Below are positions 31,638 to 41,731 of a DNA stretch of 64,000 nt, piece by piece. The stretch comes from Candidatus Bathyarchaeota archaeon (GTDB lineage Archaea > Thermoproteota > Bathyarchaeia > Bathyarchaeales > Bathycorpusculaceae): positions 2,080,001-2,144,000 of the forward strand of contig OY970340.1 in NCBI GenBank assembly GCA_963717465.1. Reading direction: 5' to 3'. Every line of letters starts with the position of its first letter. Position 1 is the first letter of the stretch. The notes under the pieces are model-generated. The model ran no database searches. It saw only the letters and a list, made by a program, of their open reading frames with translations, and was not told the origin of the DNA. The position numbers were made by a program, and so were the translations under genes.

Positions 31638-31857
31638 CATTCGACACAGTAATCGATTGTAAAGTCTTTTATAGTTCGTCTATTCAAATGATAGTAAAAC
31701 TGGGGATTATACGCATGTACAGGTTGCGGGGGAGGATGTTAGTAGTTTCTACAATTTTCGTTCTTTCTGCGAGCATGTCGTCGACATCAACGAAGGATTT
31801 GATTGGTGAGGTGAAAGAATGAAGCATGGGACAACAAAGACTTTGAAAGTTAGCTGT
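31638..31857 (+). repeat. Duplicated promoter, leader and N-terminus, copy 1
   Basis: Matches 34000-34219; 31698-31857 is identical to 34060-34219. Confidence 0.92.
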
Positions 31858-33868
31858 CTCTTTCTAATATTCTTCTTCTTGTTTAGTGCTATAGCATTAT
31901 TGCCTCAGCCAGTTAAAGCAGGCGTACAGGCGATAACAATCACTCAGGGATATCCTGACGGTGTCGCTGTATCGCCCGACGGCAAATACGTCTATGTCGC
32001 AGTTGGTGGCGGCAGTTTTAGTAGTTTCAATTATTTGGGCTGGGTCTCGGTGATAAATGCGTCTACGAACACGGTAGCGACAAACATAGTCGATCCTAAT
32101 GAACCCAACAAGGTGGTCGTATCGCCCAACAACCAAAGCGTTTACGTTCTGAATGGCGATCCCGCTGGAGTCGCGGTGATAGATACTAATTCGAGCTCGC
32201 CGACTTTCGACCAAGTGACGACCACAATAACACTCCCATATAATTATCCTGCTGATATAGCTATATCGTCCAACGGTGAATATGTCTATGTGTCAGGTGG
32301 TGATGTGGTTACACAGATAAGCACATCTACCAACTCCATCGTGGAGTCAACTACGGACTTAACCAATTCGAACAATGACATTAGCGGTCTGGCTGTGACG
32401 CCCAACGGTGAGTACGTCTATGTTGCAACTAGCGAGTCTGATATAGGGGTAGCTGTGATAAGCACTTCGACGATGACGCTGTCGACGACAATACTAGATC
32501 CTCGTCCTGGTTTTCCGGGCGATTATGGTACACCTTATGGCGTGGCTATAACGCCCAGTGGCATTGCATACGTTGATAATTACTACGGTTCGGTGTTAGT
32601 TATAGATACGGCTACGAACGAAGCGACGAGTTTAAACGAAACTGCAACAGGTATGTCTGATCCTACTGGTATGGCGATATCGCCCGACGGCAACTACGTC
32701 TATTTTGCAACTAACGGTCCAGTCACTGTTATGAGCACCGCTACAAACACGGTGGTGGCGACAATAACCCCGCCAGGCATTACGTATCCTGATACTATTG
32801 CTATAACACCCAACGGCGAATACTTCTATATCCCCGATTCAAACGGCGATGTGGTATATGCGATAAACACATATATAGCGCCAACTGTGTCTGTTTCGCC
32901 TACATCGGCTACTTTGGATGTTGGGCATTCTCAACTGTTCACTGCTAATCCCAGCGGCGGTTCAGGCACTTTCTCATCTTATCAATGGTACGTAAATGGA
33001 ACCTCTCAGAGTGACCAGAATGCATCAACGTTCAGTTTTGCTCCTGCTTCCACAGGTTCTTACTCGATTACTGCAACGGTTAATGATAGTTCAGGCGCAA
33101 CTTCAGCTCAATCCAATGCTGCGTCGGTTACGGTGAATTCTGCTTTGGTTGCTCCCACGGTGACGCCTTCGCCGAGCACGGTTACTCAAGGTCAATATAA
33201 CAATTTGACTTCAACCGCGTTAATCACAGGCACTTCACCATATACATATCAATGGTTCAGTGAAGCACCTAGCGCATCCACTTACACGTTAATCAGCGAC
33301 GCGAATACGTCAAACTACAGCTTTGTAACCACAACCTCAACAACGGCAGGCACGTGGAACTTCATACTTCAAGCAACAGACAACACAGGCACGGCAGTAA
33401 ACTCAACTGCAACATCAGTAAATGTCAGCACGCTTGCAGCTACCGCTACTCCAACACCATCGCCAAGCCCAACAGCAACATCATCACCAACAGCAACAGC
33501 CACGCCGGTCAGCATCATCATTCACCATATCGCCTATTGATATGGTTGCAATCATAATTGTGATTGTTGCGGTTATTGTTTTGTTGCTTTTGTTGCTTTT
33601 GTTCATGGGTCGCCAAACTATTGACGCTTCAGCAGACAAAAATGGCACTATAACTCCGGATGGGAAAATACGCGTACGCCGCAATGCAAACAAAACCTTC
33701 GAAATCAAACCCAACGCGGGCTACCAGATATCCGATGTTCAAGTGGACGGAAAATCAGTTGAGGCCAAATCCACCTACACTTTCGAAAACGTCAAAGAAA
33801 ACCACACAATCTCAGCAACCTTCACAACAACGACAGAACAACCCGCTGGCAAAAACAAAAAAACTTAA
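31819..33868 (+). CDS. Surface protein B: YVTN propeller, 2 Ig-like domains, PT linker, TM, B-repeat-like tail (+1 frameshift near 33509)
   Basis: ORFs 31819-33540 and 33422-33868 join by comparison with the paralogous 3' end of protein A. Confidence 0.82.
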
Positions 33869-33999
33869 CCACTTTTCCTTTTTTCATAGCACGTGCACGC
33901 TAATTGTTGAAGTCTTGTAACTCAATCTTTTCTTTCGTGTCTAAGATATTACGCTAAAAGTAAAACATCTATAAGCCTAGCTCAAAGATAACATTCAGC

Positions 34000-34219
34000 C
34001 ATTCGACACAGTAATTGATTGTAAAGTCTTTTATAGTTCCTCTATTCAAAAGATGAAACAACTGGGGATTATACGCATGTACAGGTTGCGGGGGAGGATG
34101 TTAGTAGTTTCTACAATTTTCGTTCTTTCTGCGAGCATGTCGTCGACATCAACGAAGGATTTGATTGGTGAGGTGAAAGAATGAAGCATGGGACAACAAA
34201 GACTTTGAAAGTTAGCTGT
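34000..34219 (+). repeat. Duplicated promoter, leader and N-terminus, copy 2
   Basis: Same 181-nt distance from repeat start to ATG as in copy 1. Confidence 0.92.
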
Positions 34220-37200
34220 ATCTTCCTTGTATTCTTCTTGTTTAGTGCTATAGCATTTTTGCCTCAGCCAGTTCGAGCAGCCGGACCGACATTAATCAAC
34301 ACTGGTGGGGATGCTAGGGGTTGTGCAGCATCGCCCGACGGCAAATACGTCTATGTTGCAAATAATGGCGGCAGTTTTAGTAGTTTCAATTATTTGGGCT
34401 GGGTCTCGGTGATAGATACGTCTTCGAACACGGTGATAGCAAACATAGTTGATCCTAATGAACCTGCCCAGGTGGTTGTATCGCCTAACAACCAAAGCGT
34501 TTATGCTATGAATGGCGATCCCTCCGGGGTCTCGGTGATAGACACTGATCCAAACTCGCCGACTTTCGACCAAGTGACGACCACAATACCAATCACAAAT
34601 TCTCCCAGTGACATAGCTATATCGCCCGACGGTGAATATGTCTATGTTTCAGATGGATCTGAGGTTACAGAGATAAATGCATCTTCGAACACCATTGTAA
34701 ACACGATATCCGTAGTACTACCCACTGAGAACGGTAACGTTGTCGGATTGGCTGTAACGCCCAACGGCGAATATATCTATGCAGCATGTGGCATAACTGG
34801 CGGGTGCTACGTAAGGGCGATAAACATCGCTGACTGGTCGGTGACGACGAACATAACCGATAGTGACAGCCCTGAGGGGGTGACTATTACGCCAAGCGGC
34901 ATCGCCTACGTTGATAATTACTACGGTTCGGTGTTGGTGATAGACACCGCCACGAACGCGGTGACGACTTTATCCGCAGCTGCAACAGGTATGCCTGACC
35001 CTACTGGTATGGCGGTATCGCCCGACGGCGCATATGTCTATTTTGCAAATGCCGCTGGTGATCAGTTGACGCAGATGAGCACCGGTACGAACACAGTGAC
35101 GGCCACATATGCATTCGCTCACAGTGGTTTCTCTATTGGTATTGTTGCTTTAGCGAACGGTTACGCCTACGTTACAGATCCAGACAACACCGGAGTGTGG
35201 GTGATAAACGCACCAGAAGATTGGGTAATGTTCCGCTCAAATCCGATTCATACTGGTATAGGAATAGGTAATCCAGTGCTTAATGCAACGGTGCTCTGGA
35301 AAACCCAAACCGGCAGCATAGTTCGGTCGTCTCCTGCTGTTGTCGGTGGCGTAGTCTACATCGGCTCCGAGGACGGTAAAGTTTATGCTTTGAACGCCTC
35401 CACAGGCCTTATACTCTGGAGTTACCTCACCAACGCTGTACCTGACAGTGATGTTTATTCGTCTCCTGCTGTTGCAGGCGGCGTAGTCTACGTAGGCTCC
35501 GGTGATGGCGCCTTTTATGCTTTGAACGCTACCAACGGCCTTCAACTCTGGAACTATACTACAGACAATGGGTTTCTTTCGTCTCCTGCTGTTGTAGACA
35601 GCGTAGTCTACACCGGCGGCGGTTTAGACGTTTATGCTTTTGATGCAACAAACGGGACCATGCTCTGGAATTACCCCACTGGTGGCAGCGTTTATTCGTC
35701 TCCTGCTGTTGTCGGCGGCGTAGTTTACGTAGGATCTGAGAATGATCGTGTTTACGCTTTGAACGCAACAAACGGCGCTGTACTCTGGAGTTACCTTACC
35801 GGAGGCTGGGTTGATTCGTCTCCTGCTGTTGTCGGCGGCGCGGTCTATGTAGGATCCGATGATAACAACGTTTATGCTTTGAACGCTACCAACGGCTTCC
35901 AACTCTGGAATTACACCAGCTACAAGGTTGAGTCGTCTCCTGCTGTTGTAGACGGTGTGGTCTACATAGGCTCCGACGGTTTATATGGTGGTGCCGCTAA
36001 CGTTACCGCTTTAAACGCAACAGACGGAACTGTGCTCTGGAATTTCCCCACTGGCGCCAGCGTTGAGTCGTCTCCTGCTGTTGTGGGCGGCGTAGTCTAT
36101 GTAGGATCTGCCGACGATAACGTTTATGCTTTGAATGCTACAAACGGCGCAGAACTCTGGAATTACCCAACTGGCGACAATGTCTTGTCGTCTCCTGCTG
36201 TTGTCAACGGCACAGTCTACGTCGGCTCATGGGACTGGTACGTTTATGCTTTGGCTCCGAGTGCTCCAACTCCCACCGTTTCTATTTCGCCTACGTCGGC
36301 TACTTTGGATGTTGGGCAGTCTCAACTGTTCACTGCTAATCCCAGCGGCGGTTCAGGCACTTACTCATCTTATCAATGGTACGTAAATGGGTCTGCTCAG
36401 AGTGACCAGAATGCGTCAACGTTCAGTTTTGCTCCTGCTTTGGCAGATTCTTACTCGATTACTGCAACGGTTAATGATAGTTCAGGTGCTACATCAGCTC
36501 AATCCAATGCTGCGTCGGTTACGGTGAGTGCTTCGCCGACTGTTAGTGTCGCTCCTGCTGGTCCGTTTACTTTGGATATTGGGCAGTCTCAACTGTTTAC
36601 TGCTACTGCTTCTGGCGGTTCTGGTTCCATCTCTTATCAATGGTACTTGGATGGCGCTACCGTAGGTTCTAACAGTGCAAGCTATTCTTACACCGCTGCG
36701 TCGGGTTCACATTCGGTTACTTGTAACGTAACTGATAGCGCTACTACTCCAGTTACCTCTCCTACTTCTAACGCTGTTTCAATCACGGTGAATTCTGCTT
36801 TGGTTGCTCCCACAGTTTCTCCCTCGCTCAGTGCAGTTAATCAGAGCCAGACCTCGATTTTAACGCCCTCCACTGTAACATCGGGCACTTCACCATACAC
36901 TTACCGATGGTATGAGAAGGCGCCAGGCGCTTCCTCTTTTTCATTAATTAACGGTGCCGACTTAGGAAATTACTCGTTTGCACCTTCCAGTTCTACTGCA
37001 ACGGGAAACTGGTCATTTATAGTTCAAGTAACCGACAATGCAGGTTCAGCAGTGAACTCTACTGCCACAACAGTTGCTGTCAACACTTCTACGTCAACTA
37101 CTCCAGCATCTGGACTCTCATCTTGGGTAATTGGCCTGATAATCGCTATCGTCGTGATAGTGGTGGTGCTACTAATCCTGTTCATGTGGTTTAGACGCGG

Positions 37201-37426
37201 CAAAAAGAAGATAATCGCCTCAGCAGATGACAAAGGTACAATTAGCCCCAAGGGAACAGTCACGGTTAAACGTGGAGCAGACCAGACGTTTACTATTAAG
37301 GCTAACCCGCACTACCAAATATCTGATGTCCAAGTAGACGGCAAATCAGTCGGAGCCAAAACCGAATACACCTTCAACAAAGTAAAAGAAGACCACACAA
37401 TCACTGCAGTCTTCAAGCCTGAATAG
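34181..37426 (+). CDS. Surface protein C: YVTN propeller, PQQ/BamB-like propeller, 3 Ig-like domains, TM, B-repeat-like tail
   Basis: Eight SSPAV..G.VY.GS...YALNA..G..LW repeats preceded by DWVMFR; TM followed by RRGKKK. Confidence 0.88.
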   Translation: MKHGTTKTLKVSCIFLVFFLFSAIAFLPQPVRAAGPTLINTGGDARGCAASPDGKYVYVANNGGSFSSFNYLGWVSVIDTSSNTVIANIVDPNEPAQVVVSPNNQSVYAMNGDPSGVSVIDTDPNSPTFDQVTTTIPITNSPSDIAISPDGEYVYVSDGSEVTEINASSNTIVNTISVVLPTENGNVVGLAVTPNGEYIYAACGITGGCYVRAINIADWSVTTNITDSDSPEGVTITPSGIAYVDNYYGSVLVIDTATNAVTTLSAAATGMPDPTGMAVSPDGAYVYFANAAGDQLTQMSTGTNTVTATYAFAHSGFSIGIVALANGYAYVTDPDNTGVWVINAPEDWVMFRSNPIHTGIGIGNPVLNATVLWKTQTGSIVRSSPAVVGGVVYIGSEDGKVYALNASTGLILWSYLTNAVPDSDVYSSPAVAGGVVYVGSGDGAFYALNATNGLQLWNYTTDNGFLSSPAVVDSVVYTGGGLDVYAFDATNGTMLWNYPTGGSVYSSPAVVGGVVYVGSENDRVYALNATNGAVLWSYLTGGWVDSSPAVVGGAVYVGSDDNNVYALNATNGFQLWNYTSYKVESSPAVVDGVVYIGSDGLYGGAANVTALNATDGTVLWNFPTGASVESSPAVVGGVVYVGSADDNVYALNATNGAELWNYPTGDNVLSSPAVVNGTVYVGSWDWYVYALAPSAPTPTVSISPTSATLDVGQSQLFTANPSGGSGTYSSYQWYVNGSAQSDQNASTFSFAPALADSYSITATVNDSSGATSAQSNAASVTVSASPTVSVAPAGPFTLDIGQSQLFTATASGGSGSISYQWYLDGATVGSNSASYSYTAASGSHSVTCNVTDSATTPVTSPTSNAVSITVNSALVAPTVSPSLSAVNQSQTSILTPSTVTSGTSPYTYRWYEKAPGASSFSLINGADLGNYSFAPSSSTATGNWSFIVQVTDNAGSAVNSTATTVAVNTSTSTTPASGLSSWVIGLIIAIVVIVVVLLILFMWFRRGKKKIIASADDKGTISPKGTVTVKRGADQTFTIKANPHYQISDVQVDGKSVGAKTEYTFNKVKEDHTITAVFKPE

Positions 37427-37817
37427 TAGACCGCGCTGCTGCATAGAATATAATGGTGGGCAACAGCCCTCCACTAACCTGACATATGCGTTTTAATCTA
37501 TTTGCCGTATGCAAAGTTGAAGAACAGCATTTGTTGAGAACGCCTTTATTTTGTGTGCAAGGGAGTGTTCCTTCCTTAACCAGTCGTGCGCTGAACGGAA
37601 AAAGTGAACCTGTGGCGCGCCCTAAGGAGTAGATCTCCCAAAAGAGGTTCAGGGTTGCGGTCGCGAGGACTCGAGTGCATTACAAGCGGCAGGGAAAAGA
37701 GACTTCAGAGATTCACGTTGTAGAAAAGATGATAACAGAGACATTACAGTCAGAGCGATTTTTCGAGTTTTCGACGAATAAACTTGTTTGTCTGAAAATA
37801 AAAGAAAAGCGTGCGTC

Positions 37818-38192
37818 TCACAATTTATGCTTGAGGCTTTTTTCAGCCATCTTTTCCAAGACAGCAATATCTTCTTGTGAAAGCTCTGCAATATGCAGCT
37901 TTATGAGGGCTATTCTCTTCCTATATTCTATTCTTCCACGTGCGGTCACATGGTATTTTTTTGTTCCACTTGGTTCTGCTTTAACAGCTATCTCTTTTCT
38001 CCTTTCTAACGCATTTAGATTCTCTTCGAGAACAGCTTTGCCCCCGACGTATCCACTTGCTTTGATTTTCTTTAGAAGCTCATTAAAAGTTAATGCTGTA
38101 TCACTTTTCTCAGGAAGATTCTTTACGATAATGTTAAATCTATGTCCAGTTCTTTGCTTTGCCTCATTGGCTACTTTCCAATCTTCACACAT
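37818..38192 (-). CDS. Putative wHTH DNA-binding protein
   Basis: LTFNEL...LEENLNALE...YHVTARGR pattern. Confidence 0.5.
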   Translation of the reverse strand: MCEDWKVANEAKQRTGHRFNIIVKNLPEKSDTALTFNELLKKIKASGYVGGKAVLEENLNALERRKEIAVKAEPSGTKKYHVTARGRIEYRKRIALIKLHIAELSQEDIAVLEKMAEKSLKHKL

Positions 38193-38490
38193 AATCGATA
38201 ACTCCTAAATTCAAAACAATTTCTCAACTATATAAAATTTAGCTAACGCAGGATTGGCCTTCAAAGGCATTCGCAGATAATGGATGTTCTTGAAAAGTTT
38301 GAAATAATACTTATAGCGTGCAAGTTTTTGCAACTCTTAAACTCTTGTAATTTTTCTTGGTTAGTTTTTCTCTTTTGCAACTCCCTCTAAAATATAAGGA
38401 AATGCAAAGAATTACATAGTTAAGAATGTAGGTTGAATTTTTACATGATAGAAATTTTGAGGTTAGAGTTCAGGGATAGAGACTTAGCAG

Positions 38491-38961
38491 GTGGTTCTCT
38501 TGATACGTAAGGTATTAGTAGCTACTGATTTTTCTGAAAACGCTAATAGAGCGTTAGATTTTGCTGCTGATATAGCAGAAGAATTAGGTGCCTCAGTAAC
38601 AGTCGTAAATGTCATTCAATATGTACCTGGAATTATTGCAGCTGCTGGAGTTGATACGGGCGGGTGTGGGTCAGAAGCGGGAATTACTATTCCAGAAAAC
38701 TATTTTGTTGAAATGAGGAAAATGAGTGAACAAGCAATGGCCAAGGTCGTTAATAAGATTCGGGACAATAAACCTAATTTGACTATTTCGCCGATAATAA
38801 AATCAGGGCATCCAGTGAATGAAATAATTGCCATGGCAGAAGATTTTGACGTCATAGTAATTGGTCATAGCGGTCAAGATAGTTTTCGTGAAGCCTTTAT
38901 GGGTGTCAATAGCGAAAGAATTGTTAATATCGTAAAACGCCCCGTCTTAGTTATTCCATAA
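38491..38961 (+). CDS. Universal stress protein
   Basis: KVLVATDFSENA, GHPVNEII, VIVIG, RPVLVIP. Confidence 0.9.
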   Translation: MVLLIRKVLVATDFSENANRALDFAADIAEELGASVTVVNVIQYVPGIIAAAGVDTGGCGSEAGITIPENYFVEMRKMSEQAMAKVVNKIRDNKPNLTISPIIKSGHPVNEIIAMAEDFDVIVIGHSGQDSFREAFMGVNSERIVNIVKRPVLVIP

Positions 38962-39057
38962 GCGTGCGCTTAACTGCACAACCAAAGTCAACCTGTTTTT
39001 ATAAGTAGATATTTAAACTTCAATAAGGAGTAATGTAAAATAAATGGAGGCTTAACG

Positions 39058-40599
39058 TTGGTCGAAACACCAAACAATTCTCTTATAGCTTACAATCTTT
39101 TAGATAAAAAGATTATCAAGTCGGGTCTTTGCACGGCTTGTGGCGCGTGTGCGGCTGTTTGTCCCACCGACGCATTGCAGATTGAGGGTGAAAAAGTAAA
39201 GCGTGTACGTGATTGTTCAAAAGATTTGGATCTTTGTCCCATATGCTATGAAATCTGTCCTCACTCAGACCGGCTTCTTCTTAGAAGTTTACGTGCGGTT
39301 TCGGATGCACCAACCAGAAGTGAAGCGCTAGGATACTATAGGAAAATGCTCATCGCGCAGGCTGCTGACAAAAGGTTAAGAGAACAGAGCAGAGGAGCTG
39401 CTGTTGTTACTGCATTGTTGAAGTTCGGAATTGAGGAGAAAATTTTTGATAGTGCCATAGTTTGTGAAGGTGAAGCAGAGAACCCGTCCAAACCAAAGCC
39501 TTCGGTCGCTATAGTACCAGACGATATTTTATCTGCGACCGGCTCAAAGTTCTTTCCTTCAGCAGTTGCACAGGCGTTCGGAAGCGCCGTTACGGGATAT
39601 GGTAAATCAAATATTGCCTTTGTCGGCGTTCCTTGCCATGTACTGGCACTTCGCAAGATGGAAGCATGGCAACACAAATTCCATGCAAGTTTGAAAATGA
39701 CCATAGGACTCTTTTGCTTTGGCTCCTTTTCACTAACCCCATTACTGGAGCATATAACAAAGACTTACAAAATCAAACCTAACCAAATTAAGTCTATGCA
39801 TCTTTCAAAAGAATTCGTCGTAGAAACTGTGAAAGGCGAGATAAGAATACCTATGGAAGAAATCGAACAGCACATACTTCAAAGTTGTCGGACCTGTGTC
39901 GATTTTGCATCCGAACTAGCTGACATTTCTGTAGGGAGCGCATATCCAATGACGGATTGGTCCACAGTTATCATCAGAACCCAAGCAGGAGAAGACTTCT
40001 TCTACAATGCTGTAGAAAAAAACGTCATCAACACGTGGGCAATAGAAGGCGAACCCAAAGTATTCGAGCGTGTAGTCAGGGCTGCATTGACAAAGAGAAA
40101 GAACGCTCTCAAAGAAGTTAGCAAATGGGAGAAAACCCATGACTTCCTACCCGTAAGGTTGTTAAGGGAATCAGATTCATTAAACTATGTTAAAGTTAAA
40201 GACATAATGAAACCCAATCCAAAAACCGTCTTATCCACAATGCGAGTGAGTGAACTTCTAGAATTGATGGCAAAACATCAATTTACTGGTTATCCTGTAA
40301 CAGATGAAAAAGGCGAACTTGTAGGCATTGTGACCATGGAAGAAGCATCAAGAGTGGATAAGAAGAAGAGGACTGAAACTCTCGTTAGCGATATAGCCAG
40401 GAAAAACTATAATGTTGTCTACCCCGAGGAAACAGCGCTCCAAGCACTAAAGAAAATGAGCAAGCAGGAAACCGGCAGAGTAATAGTCCTTGATCCATCT
40501 GATCCTAAAAAAATGAAAAAAATGATAGGAATAGTCACTAAAGCTGACCTAATGCACGCGTTGGTGCAATCCAGTTTGTCTCAGGAAGACGAAAGTTAA
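39058..40599 (+). CDS. Ferredoxin-FrhB/FdhB family protein with C-terminal CBS pair
   Basis: CTACGACAAVCP, FVGVPCH, IGLFC, CRTCVDFASELADISVG, then two CBS domains. Confidence 0.88.
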   Translation: MVETPNNSLIAYNLLDKKIIKSGLCTACGACAAVCPTDALQIEGEKVKRVRDCSKDLDLCPICYEICPHSDRLLLRSLRAVSDAPTRSEALGYYRKMLIAQAADKRLREQSRGAAVVTALLKFGIEEKIFDSAIVCEGEAENPSKPKPSVAIVPDDILSATGSKFFPSAVAQAFGSAVTGYGKSNIAFVGVPCHVLALRKMEAWQHKFHASLKMTIGLFCFGSFSLTPLLEHITKTYKIKPNQIKSMHLSKEFVVETVKGEIRIPMEEIEQHILQSCRTCVDFASELADISVGSAYPMTDWSTVIIRTQAGEDFFYNAVEKNVINTWAIEGEPKVFERVVRAALTKRKNALKEVSKWEKTHDFLPVRLLRESDSLNYVKVKDIMKPNPKTVLSTMRVSELLELMAKHQFTGYPVTDEKGELVGIVTMEEASRVDKKKRTETLVSDIARKNYNVVYPEETALQALKKMSKQETGRVIVLDPSDPKKMKKMIGIVTKADLMHALVQSSLSQEDES

Positions 40600-40930
40600 C
40601 TGCGGCAAGAGCATCAAAATCTGAATCTCTCAATTAAAAAGCGTAATACTGCTGTCTGGGAAAAATTTAACGGGAAATCTATTCCTCCTTTTTATTAGAA
40701 CTATACTTGCCCAAAAGTAAATTCCATTGGAGCATTTGCACTATTACCCTATTCAACAATTATTGAGCTTTGCCTGATTGGACCAACTACATAATTGCTG
40801 CATTTGTAGCCATAGTTGTTGTGCTCGGAGTTGTAGTAATTATCTTTAGAAGAAAGAAAAGTAAACCCGAAAATAGCGTAACAACGCCTTAACTATCTTC
40901 TTTTTCTTAGGCAAAACAATGATTCGTTTT

Positions 40931-41527
40931 TCAGGGACATGAAGTCTTATCGCCTTTTTTCAAGTTATCGATAACACCTATAGTCCTAACCATCATTTTT
41001 CCTAAGTGCCTTGCGGAGTCCATACCTTCTTGATCTTTAGCAACTGCCCCTTTCTCTGCTCCAATGGCGTAAACTCTTCCACCGCTAGGAATAATCATTC
41101 CAACACCGGTCATGAACATGATCATCTGATGACAAGTGCTCGAAAGTCCAGATCGTCGAGCAACAGCAATTACCCCACCAACCTTCTCCACGAAATCTTT
41201 CTTTCCCCTAGCCAACGCCAAAAAACCTATCCTATCAATAAAAGTCTTCATTTGAGCAGTGACCCCTTGCATATAAGAAGGACTACCCATTATAATTCCG
41301 TCAGCCTTCACTATTTCCTGGTAAAGTTTCTCAACATCATCATCAATAACACATTTCTTAGATACAATGCACGCCATACAACCGTTACACGGCTGAAGAC
41401 GAAAATCAGAAATCCTGATTAAATCCACTTCTGCACCTTCAACTTTAGCCGCCGCCAAAGCCTCTTGAAGAATCAAATCCGTGTTGCCGCCACGCCTAGG
41501 ACTACCGCTTATTCCAACAATGCGCAT
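40931..41527 (-). CDS. Iron-sulfur flavoprotein / flavodoxin family
   Basis: GSPRRGGNT, CNGCMACIVSKKC, GSPSY, KTFIDR. Confidence 0.9.
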   Translation of the reverse strand: MRIVGISGSPRRGGNTDLILQEALAAAKVEGAEVDLIRISDFRLQPCNGCMACIVSKKCVIDDDVEKLYQEIVKADGIIMGSPSYMQGVTAQMKTFIDRIGFLALARGKKDFVEKVGGVIAVARRSGLSSTCHQMIMFMTGVGMIIPSGGRVYAIGAEKGAVAKDQEGMDSARHLGKMMVRTIGVIDNLKKGDKTSCP

Positions 41528-41731
41528 ATTTCAAGCCTCAAAAGCATTCCCATGACGCATCATATTAACTGATTGGTCTGGCAATGAAGATAATGAAAAA
41601 ATAGTTATCCAGTTTGTAAGCTATCTAATCGAAAATCCACTGATAGACTACAGTTTTATCTTTATGAACAATAGACTTAATTTTTCGTAGACGTTTAGTC
41701 TTATTTAGGATTCAAGGTTTGCTGGGTTTTT

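Noticed and set aside
31622..31822. 66-aa ORF over the duplicated leader
   Set aside because: It starts in the Rep remnant and that start is absent from copy 2
35325..36205. CRISPR-like recurrence of TCGTCTCCTGCTGTTG about every 120 bp
   Set aside because: In-frame SSPAV propeller blades; the intervening sequences resemble each other; no cas genes in the window
37655..37680. HDV-like ribozyme (TCCTCGC on the minus strand)
   Set aside because: The nested double pseudoknot could not be built
40770..40892. Short TM-plus-basic-tail frame (NYIIAAFVAIVVVLGVVVIIFRRKK)
   Set aside because: Looks like an orphan anchor fragment; no support for an expressed gene
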